Positions 15,420 to 23,839 of a stretch of 64,000 nt of DNA are shown here, piece by piece. Source of the stretch: a virus. Location: the IMG/VR virus record IMGVR_UViG_3300009152_000030, positions 32,001 to 96,000 of that record, one strand, 5' to 3'. The notes beneath the pieces were generated by a model. The model worked only from the letters and a program-made list of their open reading frames with translations. It did no database searches and was not told where the DNA came from. A program made the translations under genes and the position numbers. How positions within the stretch are numbered: the stretch's first letter is position 1; each line of letters begins with the position of its first letter.

Positions 15420-17854
15420 TGATTTACCCCCTTTGCCACTTTGGCACAGTTAACAATTCCATGATTAATCTTCCGGCTAACTTGGATGTCATTGCGCAGT
15501 TCGGTCTTCTTACCGATCACTACGTCAATGAACAAGTCAGCAGCCTGTTCAATCGTGAGCGCTGTAGGCGCAGGATTGACCGCAGGAAGCAACTCGAACA
15601 GTCGCAGAAGCAAGGAAGGACGCGGCTCTGCGTCGGCCATAGGCACAGTTGCAACCACAGGCTTGCGGAACTTGGCCACAGCCTTGAGGTCAGACATGGT
15701 CACCTGGGCATGCTCACGTGCAGGCGCAGCAGGTCGACCGAACTTCACCACAGCGATCTCCTTCCGGAGGTTGTGAGGAAGCGAGACGAACGAACAGCCG
15801 GTGCCCAGACGGGGCTTGGCGGGTGCGTTGGCGGGTGCGTTGACGGCAGGCTTGACCTCAGCCTTGGGAGCGGCCTCAGGCTTGGTCATGACGACCATAA
15901 CCTTGGCAGCAGCAGGCTTAGCAGTCGGCGCAACCGTGGTGACCGTCGTGATGCCAGCCTTGGCCTTGATCACGGCCTTGACCTTTGCCTTTGCCTTCGC
16001 AGCCTTGGCCTTGCGAGTTGCCGCCTTGGCGCTCTTGGCAGCGCGAGCCTCCGAGAGCTCCTGTGCCTTGCGTGCAGCGATTGCAGCGCGGATTGCCGTG
16101 ACCTTGGCCTTGACGGCCTTCTTCTCGGCGTCCACCTTGGCGAGGACTGCAGCCTGTGCAGCCTTTACCTCGGCTTCGACAGCAAGACGCGCAGCCTTGG
16201 CAGTGGCACTCTGGTTGGCGATCTGGGCAGGGTTCTGATCAGCCCAGCGCACCCCGACCTCATTGACGTTCCAAAAACGGCAGAAGGAGCTGAGCCGTGC
16301 GGCAGCAGCACGACGAGCGGTGCGAACGGTCTTGTCGAGGGTCTTGACCCCCGTGTTCGCCGAACGAGGCCCGAATGCTGCCTTGACGAGGCGGGTGGCA
16401 TCCAAGTAGTCGTTGTTACGGACGACCTTGACCTTTGCGGCGCTCTTGACCACAGGCTTTGCCACGAACGGCTTGGCCTGTGCACGAAGGATGGGAAGCT
16501 CGTTGCGCTTGGCCTTAGCCTTGCGCTGAGCAACCTCGATCTTCACCGCAGTCTCGGGGCGAGTGTAGCGGTTGGCGCGGTTTGCCTTCTTGGCGAGCAG
16601 CTTCCGAAGGGCAGTGCCAGGTCGATTGTTCGCCGGCCCCGTTGCTTTCTCTTTCTGGCGCTGACCAATGAGGCCAATCGACCAGCCGCCGACGTGACCG
16701 CTCTTGCGGCCACCCCCAACCTTGTAGCTCTCGGTGTAGATGTATTGGACCTCGGGGCGGGGGACCGACACGCCGTGGAAGCGGATGCCGGCACGCTTGC
16801 GCCAGAGGTGAAGGAGGCGACGGCGAGACCGGCGGGACATACGAGACTGACGCATGACGAGATCCTTTGGAGGACGGGGGGATTTGGACTTGTTACGCAT
16901 GACGATATCCTTGGGTGGACGGGACTTCTTGTTCTTCATGGGGCGCTCCGTGTAGTGCGGGTTTCCGGTGTCGCTGATGCCACACATTGCGGCAATCTTG
17001 ACATCGTGGGTAAGCATGCGGATGAGTGCGTCGAGCGCGATCTTCATTGCCATTGTAGTCTCCAGTGGCGGTGGGGGTGTTGGTTCAGGTTGGTTCACAA
17101 TCTCACTCATCTTGTCCTCCTCTAGCACATAGACACAACCAGGACCACCTTTTTTGGCATCCCAGTCAATAAGGCGCACATGATCCCAAGAGCATTGCCC
17201 CTGAGGAATCTTTGAACGACGAGTATGACCAACAATAGCAAGCCCGTGCTTACCCTTGTAATCTTTGGCCCAGAAGTTATCAGGGTCAGTGTTATCAACA
17301 AGCTCGATCTGGGCTGCAGTCGGCTTACCTTTGACAAACCTAGGAGGCAATTTACCAGCTGGAAGTTTGGCATGGACAGCCGTCCAGGTTGTGTCCTTGA
17401 CCCATAGAGGCCGAGAGCGCAACCAGACCATATCGTCCTCCGTAAGTAGAGCACGAAGCTTGCACCACTCATTCCAGATGCGTACATAGTCTTCGTCTGC
17501 CAGGTTATAGTGCAGGCTCCAAGCCTTTGTCAATTCTTCCTGGCTATTGCCAAAGAAGAGAGGATACAGCTCATGGTTGCCCAAGATGAGCTCCGAGCCA
17601 GAGGCACGAATGATGTCAAGGCAATCCTTGGCACCCTGTGCGCCACCTTCCCCATCGAAGATATCTCCGAGGAAGATAATGTCTCTGCCGTTTGCCATCT
17701 CAATGGCAGAAGTGACGAGAGAGGGACGTGCGTGAATATCGCCAACGAAAACCTTTTCCATTTTAATCTCCTTGGTAGGCCTATCAATCTTCATATCATT
17801 CATTGGAACAACCTTTGTAATAGTACAAATAGATACATTCATTTGCTTATCCAT
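15416..17854 (-). CDS. Calcineurin-like (PPP) metallophosphoesterase fused to a long Lys/Arg/Ala-rich histone-H1-like region
   Basis: GDIH, GDIFD, GNHE, VHA, GHT motifs in the first ~255 aa; then very basic AK-rich low-complexity sequence; start ATG 17854 (GGAG) or 17761 (AAGGAG). Confidence 0.8.
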   Translation of the reverse strand: MDKQMNVSICTITKVVPMNDMKIDRPTKEIKMEKVFVGDIHARPSLVTSAIEMANGRDIIFLGDIFDGEGGAQGAKDCLDIIRASGSELILGNHELYPLFFGNSQEELTKAWSLHYNLADEDYVRIWNEWCKLRALLTEDDMVWLRSRPLWVKDTTWTAVHAKLPAGKLPPRFVKGKPTAAQIELVDNTDPDNFWAKDYKGKHGLAIVGHTRRSKIPQGQCSWDHVRLIDWDAKKGGPGCVYVLEEDKMSEIVNQPEPTPPPPLETTMAMKIALDALIRMLTHDVKIAAMCGISDTGNPHYTERPMKNKKSRPPKDIVMRNKSKSPRPPKDLVMRQSRMSRRSRRRLLHLWRKRAGIRFHGVSVPRPEVQYIYTESYKVGGGRKSGHVGGWSIGLIGQRQKEKATGPANNRPGTALRKLLAKKANRANRYTRPETAVKIEVAQRKAKAKRNELPILRAQAKPFVAKPVVKSAAKVKVVRNNDYLDATRLVKAAFGPRSANTGVKTLDKTVRTARRAAAARLSSFCRFWNVNEVGVRWADQNPAQIANQSATAKAARLAVEAEVKAAQAAVLAKVDAEKKAVKAKVTAIRAAIAARKAQELSEARAAKSAKAATRKAKAAKAKAKVKAVIKAKAGITTVTTVAPTAKPAAAKVMVVMTKPEAAPKAEVKPAVNAPANAPAKPRLGTGCSFVSLPHNLRKEIAVVKFGRPAAPAREHAQVTMSDLKAVAKFRKPVVATVPMADAEPRPSLLLRLFELLPAVNPAPTALTIEQAADLFIDVVIGKKTELRNDIQVSRKINHGIVNCAKVAKGVNQ

Positions 17855-17871
17855 GACGTTCTCCCTAGGCA

Positions 17872-18042
17872 CTAGTGGATACGCCGGCCAATGCGGCCGA
17901 TGCGGGAGTGACGGAAACGGCGAGCCACTGCCTTCTTGACAGCAGCCTTTTCAATAGCCTTGGCCTCAGCGTTAGCTGCAACCTTGGCGGTCATCTCCCC
18001 CTTAATAAGGAGGAAAATTAGGACAAACAGGACGACAATCAT
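17872..18042 (-). CDS. Small membrane-anchored basic peptide (56 aa; not in ORF track)
   Basis: MIVVLFVLIFLLIKGEMTAKVAANAEAKAIEKAAVKKAVARRFRHSRIGRIGRRIH*; fills the gap between two coupled genes. Confidence 0.55.
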   Translation of the reverse strand: MIVVLFVLIFLLIKGEMTAKVAANAEAKAIEKAAVKKAVARRFRHSRIGRIGRRIH

Positions 18043-18043
18043 G

Positions 18044-19138
18044 TTACTTCTCCCAGTTGCTGATAGTCTCCTGCCCGTATTTAAGCAGGAACTGTTGATA
18101 AAGGTCCTTGTACCATTCCATGTTTTCCTTGGCGTAAGCCAGGTTTACCGTATCCTTGCTGCGGTCCAAGCTACCCCAGCAGTCAGTTTGGCCAATGTAC
18201 AAGGCATCATTGTACTTGACTTGAAAGTCTTCAGCATCACCTGTGCCAAGGGCTTGGCGCTGAGGGCTTTCCGCATAAGATACGAAGCCAATCACTTCAT
18301 CGCCGGCCATCAAAGGCCCACCAGAGTCACCATGGTCAGGAGAAACTTCAAGGCTGAGGCTGGCAGCACAGATAAAGCGTTGGTTGCTAGCGCCTGCAAT
18401 GTACCTCTTGTAGGTATCAACAAGATTCTTGAAGATAACCTCGGGGCTTTTCAGACTTACATCCTCAAGTGCTTTTCTGGCATCAATGAATGCCCATCTC
18501 ATGTCATTCTGCTCTTTCATGCTAGGCGTACCCTTCTTCATGTGGTCAAAGACCTGCTCAAAAGGCACATAACCCCACATGTCTGTGGTCTTACCCCACC
18601 AACGGAAGTCAGTGCTGCACTCAAGACCAATCTCATAGAGATCTTCCTTGATTTCGTTAGGATAATGGTCAGCCGGCACAACGATATCGCCAGCGTTTTC
18701 ACGGTAACCGTTACGTGTGCAGTGCTCTGCCGTGTAGATCTTACCTTTCCACTTCCATGCAGTGCAGTTCCCGCTCTCATCAAGGGGGCCTTCATTTTCC
18801 CTGGTGTTGACAGGACCAATTCCAGGGTGGATGTTGTTCTCTGCCCGGTACTTCTCTTCCAGGAATTCTTCCACTTCCTGAACAACCTCGTAATAGTCGC
18901 TGTTAGCAACCCACTCTGCCTGACGGATTTCCTCCTTCCGTGCCGCAGCAGCTTCTTCCTGGCGAAGGCGGGTGTTATTACCCGTCATGGTCACAAAGAT
19001 ACCAGCAAAGGCTGCAAAGATTGCAACCATTGCCAGCACAAAGAGGATGTTCTCGCGGCGGTCTGCCTTCTTCATCTTGTCCTCCCTCTCACGGTACGCC
19101 TTAAGCTCGGCCTGTTGCATTTCTTCCCAGTTGTCCAT
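18044..19138 (-). CDS. Membrane-anchored trypsin-like (S1/PA clan) serine protease 1
   Basis: TM helix ILFVLAMVAIFAAFAGIFV; GNCTAW...YTAEHC and GDSGGPL...IGFVS; start ATG 19138 (AAGGAG) or 19195. Confidence 0.75.
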   Translation of the reverse strand: MDNWEEMQQAELKAYREREDKMKKADRRENILFVLAMVAIFAAFAGIFVTMTGNNTRLRQEEAAAARKEEIRQAEWVANSDYYEVVQEVEEFLEEKYRAENNIHPGIGPVNTRENEGPLDESGNCTAWKWKGKIYTAEHCTRNGYRENAGDIVVPADHYPNEIKEDLYEIGLECSTDFRWWGKTTDMWGYVPFEQVFDHMKKGTPSMKEQNDMRWAFIDARKALEDVSLKSPEVIFKNLVDTYKRYIAGASNQRFICAASLSLEVSPDHGDSGGPLMAGDEVIGFVSYAESPQRQALGTGDAEDFQVKYNDALYIGQTDCWGSLDRSKDTVNLAYAKENMEWYKDLYQQFLLKYGQETISNWEK

Positions 19139-19187
19139 GACCTTCTCCTTGTTTGTTGAGTTAGCAGCAATGTCTAGAACAGTAACG

Positions 19188-20531
19188 TTATTCATGAGTC
19201 CACCCCAGCATTTCAATGATGTCAAAGACATTCGTGTAATCGCTAAAGATATCCGAGTAGCTTGACGCCATTTCATCAATGAACGGCGATGCAACCGGCT
19301 TATTGTCAACCATAGCAAAGCAAGAGACCTGATAGTTGCTATGAGCTTCCGGATAGAAGTCATCAAACATCTGGTTGTCGGTCCGAACGAAAAACGAGAC
19401 ACTACCAATGACTTCGTCACCAAGCATGATGGGGCCACCAGAGTCACCCTTCTTGATGCTATCTTCCGCCACAGAAGAAGCACAGAGATACTCTTGGCTT
19501 GTGTAGTGCTCTTTGATGTACTTCAACTGGTTGTAGAATTTGTTGAACGCTGCATGTGCTTTTTCTTTTGCTTTCTTCGTATTATCGCTATTAGTCTTCA
19601 TGCTGTTCTCTTCGATTGTGTACTTGTAATCGTTAAGAGCGGCAATAGCCTTATACTTAGAGTCAATAAGCTCTTGTTGCATTTCGTAAGGAGCACCAAG
19701 ATAGTTTCTTGTCTTCTTGAAGATCTGCTCCATAGGAATAGTTACCCACTTATTGGTGGTTGTGCCCCACCAGCGGATATCAGGGCTGCACTCTGTACCT
19801 TCCTTGTAGAAGTCACCAGAGATAGTGTTATCGGCTGTTGACTGCTGGACGCGGTCTGTGTTGCCGTGCTTTTCCAGGTAGTCATTGCAGTGCTGGATGG
19901 TGTAGGTCTTACCGTTCCATTTCCATGCGCTGCAGGTGCCGTACAGAACTTCACCGTCCTTGTATACAGGAGACTCAATTTTGCCATAGGCCTTAGCAGT
20001 ATTATCAACCTGCTCATAATTAGTAACAGCATTAGCGGTCGACTGCGCATTTTCAATCTCAGGCTTAGCATCGGTACCGCAAGCCGTAGTGATTACGAGG
20101 AGAAGGAAGGTTGCAATCTTTGCCATCATTTCCGCATAGTTAGCTTTCACAAGAGCCTCGTTAACCTTCAGATTATGGAAGGCGTTGGTTGCAAGTGCAA
20201 TGCTGCGCACATCGTCATGGTACTCAACGTGGATGAGGATATCAATGGCAGTAAATGCCAAGGGGGCAAGTGCGAGAGTGCACACGACCATATCCTGGAA
20301 CGTAGCCACAAGGGCGTAGGGAATGAAGAGAGCTGCAGTGCAGACAATGCTGAACGCAAGCCCAATGGACCTCTTGCTAACGACAAGCATGACGGACTCC
20401 TTGTTGGCAACAAACTTGTTCATGACAGACCCCTTCCAGACAGCGGTGATGATAGCCAGGATGGCAAAAATGACGAATGCAATTGACATAGCAGACTCCT
20501 TGTTGACGACAGAATTGTCGATGGTGTTCAT
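19188..20531 (-). CDS. Membrane-anchored trypsin-like serine protease 2 (paralog)
   Basis: Several N-terminal TM helices, lipobox-like LLLVITTAC, GTCSAW...YTIQHC and GDSGGPI...IGSVS. Confidence 0.75.
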   Translation of the reverse strand: MNTIDNSVVNKESAMSIAFVIFAILAIITAVWKGSVMNKFVANKESVMLVVSKRSIGLAFSIVCTAALFIPYALVATFQDMVVCTLALAPLAFTAIDILIHVEYHDDVRSIALATNAFHNLKVNEALVKANYAEMMAKIATFLLLVITTACGTDAKPEIENAQSTANAVTNYEQVDNTAKAYGKIESPVYKDGEVLYGTCSAWKWNGKTYTIQHCNDYLEKHGNTDRVQQSTADNTISGDFYKEGTECSPDIRWWGTTTNKWVTIPMEQIFKKTRNYLGAPYEMQQELIDSKYKAIAALNDYKYTIEENSMKTNSDNTKKAKEKAHAAFNKFYNQLKYIKEHYTSQEYLCASSVAEDSIKKGDSGGPIMLGDEVIGSVSFFVRTDNQMFDDFYPEAHSNYQVSCFAMVDNKPVASPFIDEMASSYSDIFSDYTNVFDIIEMLGWTHE

Positions 20532-21280
20532 TAGTACACCTTTACGATTTCGCAGGCGAAAAGGTCGATAAAGTCAAAGTTGTCATCCTTTGTGCCAATG
20601 GAACGGTTGCGAGCGAGGCTATAGTCGTCGCAAAGACCAAAGCGCTGAGCGTACCCTTCGAACAGGTAGTCACCGACGCGAGAACAAGCAGGACAACCGC
20701 CTTCCCAGTCAAGTCCAGTCGGCTTCCAGTCGCGAAAAGGAGGAGACTTTCTGATTTCTCGTGCAAGCATAATTTCAGGCTTGTAGATTTCAACTGCATA
20801 GTTGACCTCAACAATCCACTCATGCTTGATACCTTCAGAGCAGATCAGGCCGTTGTCGTTGTCCATCATAAGCTCAGCAAGCTCACGAAAGATAACAGGG
20901 TCATTGCAACGATCAAGATTGAACTTAATCGGGAATCCTTCCTTCATGACTTTGATAGTGGAGATCGGAACGTCCGCGATTACCTGTACAGCACTCGAAG
21001 AGTGCTTCTTGGTAATGTATGCAGCCCAGAAAGCATCCAGATTGGCATTTGCCGGAACAGCCCAAGTGCCCATCACTTTCTTTCCTTCCGGGTGAAGGTG
21101 ATTGGTGACTTCCATTGCGGGAACGCCATCCTTAGCAATGATGTCGCCAAAGTTAGGCGCAGTCCAGTGAATAACACGCATAGTCTTCATGGTTTCCTCC
21201 ATCTTAGCCGAAACGGCGATTTCTTCAGTAATCTTATTCATGACGTTCACCTTGTTGGTGTTGAGGGTGTTGATTTTCAT
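20531..21280 (-). CDS. Hypothetical protein, possible ADP-ribosyltransferase-like fold plus CxxC
   Basis: IHWT....IAKDG..., GTWA, HEWIV and C-terminal CPAC; the ART call is weak pattern matching. Confidence 0.4.
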   Translation of the reverse strand: MKINTLNTNKVNVMNKITEEIAVSAKMEETMKTMRVIHWTAPNFGDIIAKDGVPAMEVTNHLHPEGKKVMGTWAVPANANLDAFWAAYITKKHSSSAVQVIADVPISTIKVMKEGFPIKFNLDRCNDPVIFRELAELMMDNDNGLICSEGIKHEWIVEVNYAVEIYKPEIMLAREIRKSPPFRDWKPTGLDWEGGCPACSRVGDYLFEGYAQRFGLCDDYSLARNRSIGTKDDNFDFIDLFACEIVKVY

Positions 21281-21284
21281 TGTA

Positions 21285-23444
21285 TTACCAGACATCGTTG
21301 TAGCTATCGGCAGCAAGCTTAGCCTTGATCTGCGCCACAACATGGTTGATATTGAATTCACGCTGGATAAACCAGGTGTTAGAGATTTTCATGGCCTCAA
21401 TCTGACCCGGGGTCTTCTTGGTCTCCGAGCTTTCGCCGTCACCAAACATACCAATCAGAATAGGACGGTGCTTGCTACTGCGGTTGTTATCGCCCATACC
21501 GAAGTCAACAACACCAGCACTGTTCGTAAGGATAACGCCAAAGTTATCCCATTCGCCGTTGATCTGGATGTCTGCAATCCAGGGGATATTCGTACCATTG
21601 AGGAACTTCTCCTGGTAGTAACCATGGCTCTGCTGAGTGCCATGACCGGTGCAGAACTTACCCGTGTACTTGCTGTTGATCTGCTGAGACTCATTCCACA
21701 TACCAGCGGCATCCGTACGACGAATACGAAGAACCTGATCGTAGCCAGCAGCAAGAATCTTCTCAACCTGCTCAGTGTCAGCTACGTCACAGCTCTTGAA
21801 TTCTTTGCTACCAAACTTGAAGCCAACAACAACGTCAGTCGTAAGCTTGCAGATTGCAACTTCCTCAAGAGCAAAGATAGGCATCAAGTCTTCCTTGAGC
21901 TGCTTGACCTTGTTATAGCGCTGAGCATAAGTCTTCCACTGATTAGCCTTCCAGAGGTTTTTCTCAGCATTCATTTCTTTGCTGCACCAGAAGTTTTCCT
22001 CAGTCTTCATTGCATGCATTTCGTCAGCAAAAGCAGCGTCTTTGCTCATAGCAACGAGCAAACCACCTGTTGCCGCGTCATTAAGCGGCAAGCACCAGCG
22101 GCTAAAGAATTGAATGGTCTTCTTCTCAATGAGCAACTTTGCCGCTTGCCACTCAGCCTTCGTGAGAATACGATAGGCCTGCCAGTTGTAACCATGCTGC
22201 CAATTTGTTTGGCAGATAAAGTGGTAGTATTCATTTTCGCTATTTCTCATGGCTTTTTCGAGAGCGCGAGCAAATTCTGAGAACTTGATGGCCAAATTGT
22301 TATAGGCCGCAGCATTACGATTGCTTTCGTCAACGTTAGCCAGCATTAGCCAGTACGAACGGATGCCTTGAATACTAGCATTCTTGTAGAAGAAACTGTA
22401 GTCCGCAGACTCTTGAAGATTCTTTTCAGCCTTGATAAAGGACTCAAAAGTAATCTCTTCCTTGAGTTGCGTATCAAACATAGTCCAGAGGGCATTAATA
22501 TCGGTAGCGTTTTCGATCGATTTGATAAAGTCCTGGTACTTCATCGTCTCTGCGCTCTGCTTACAGCCAAGTTCTGCTTGCATCTCAAGATTTTTGCGCT
22601 GTCTTTCTGCGATTTCAAGGGAAAGCCGGGCATTGCGTGCAATTCGCTGAGCTTCGCGCTCTTCCTCCTGGCGGCACCACGCCTCATGCTCAGCAGCTTC
22701 ACGCTCAAGACGAGCAATGCGCTCTGCCTGATCCAACGCCTGCTGACGCGCATATGCAATGTTACGCTCACGACGCTCCATCATGTAGAAGGCGTCATGC
22801 ATGCGCTGCTGCTCACTCTCAGCAGCCATCTTGCGCACTTGCTTAGCAAGCTTATCAGTCTTCTGCTTGTTCTCATACCAGAACATAGCAACAACTGCAG
22901 CAATCATTGCGACAACCATGGCAATCAACGCGATAACAATCATGATCCTATCCTGAGTCATGTTTGCACTAGCAATGGCCAACACAGGTACAATACTAAA
23001 CATCTTATTCTCCTCGTTCTTCATGACATCCTCTTCATTAACGTCGGAATTGACGTTGTTATTGACATCCTTCTTAACCCAAGCCTGCTGTGCAGCAAAG
23101 GCCATGATAGCCTCCATGCTAGCAGTGCTCATCACAGGCATCTCGCTGTCATCCTCGTACAGGGCCTCAATCTCAGCCTCAAACTGCGCATCTTCGGTAA
23201 CATCACTGTACACCGGGTGATTATTATTGAGGTCAACCTCATACTCATTCGTATACTGAATCTTATTCGACATGGCGTCCACCTCGTTATCAGCCTGGTA
23301 GCTGGGGTTATTGCTATTGAAAAGAACGTTGATCAGGCTAGTCATGACAGTCACCTTGTTGTTGCTATGAGTGTTATTATTCATAGTCTTGTTATTGATG
23401 ATGGTGTTGGTGATGGTGGTAGGGGTTTGTGCGAGCGTGCACAT
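21285..23444 (-). CDS. Membrane-anchored coiled-coil protein with C-terminal divergent PcfJ-like domain
   Basis: TM IMIVIALIAMVVAMIAAVVAMFW, coiled coil, then WNESQQINSKYTGKFCTGHG..HGY...FGVILT..GVVDFGMGDNNR; start uncertain. Confidence 0.65.
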   Translation of the reverse strand: MCTLAQTPTTITNTIINNKTMNNNTHSNNKVTVMTSLINVLFNSNNPSYQADNEVDAMSNKIQYTNEYEVDLNNNHPVYSDVTEDAQFEAEIEALYEDDSEMPVMSTASMEAIMAFAAQQAWVKKDVNNNVNSDVNEEDVMKNEENKMFSIVPVLAIASANMTQDRIMIVIALIAMVVAMIAAVVAMFWYENKQKTDKLAKQVRKMAAESEQQRMHDAFYMMERRERNIAYARQQALDQAERIARLEREAAEHEAWCRQEEEREAQRIARNARLSLEIAERQRKNLEMQAELGCKQSAETMKYQDFIKSIENATDINALWTMFDTQLKEEITFESFIKAEKNLQESADYSFFYKNASIQGIRSYWLMLANVDESNRNAAAYNNLAIKFSEFARALEKAMRNSENEYYHFICQTNWQHGYNWQAYRILTKAEWQAAKLLIEKKTIQFFSRWCLPLNDAATGGLLVAMSKDAAFADEMHAMKTEENFWCSKEMNAEKNLWKANQWKTYAQRYNKVKQLKEDLMPIFALEEVAICKLTTDVVVGFKFGSKEFKSCDVADTEQVEKILAAGYDQVLRIRRTDAAGMWNESQQINSKYTGKFCTGHGTQQSHGYYQEKFLNGTNIPWIADIQINGEWDNFGVILTNSAGVVDFGMGDNNRSSKHRPILIGMFGDGESSETKKTPGQIEAMKISNTWFIQREFNINHVVAQIKAKLAADSYNDVW

Positions 23445-23480
23445 GGCGTTCCTTACTGCCCTTGTGGGGGCGATGTCCAA

Positions 23481-23839
23481 AGCTAGCGGAATCGCTAGCA
23501 GTTGGTGAGAGTTGGAAAGACCCTCATCCCTTAGTACATAGTCTTAAAAGGGGGTGGGCTAAAAACGAATAGGGTATGGGTAAGTATAGGGGCCCAGGAG
23601 TATAAGTACCCGCTCTTTTCCGAAAAAAAAATATATATATAAATAGAGGCTGTACCTATACCTTAATACTTGGCCTTTCACTCTTTTCTATAAAAAATAT
23701 ATATAAATATATAAAAATATATATAAAGGCCTTTTGCCCTAAGCCTATGACCCTTTCCCCCTCACGTAGTTCTTTTTCCCATGTATAGCGTTTCTTATGG
23801 TTTCTTATGGTATCAAGTTAGTAAAGTTTAAACTTTAGT
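23481..23839. promoter_or_regulatory. Divergence region between the two arms (promoters and/or origin candidate)
   Basis: Non-coding; hairpin GCTAGCG-GAAT-CGCTAGC (23482-23499); AT/TATATA tracts 23623-23645 and 23688-23727; tandem TTTCTTATGG x2 (23791-23810). Confidence 0.55.
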
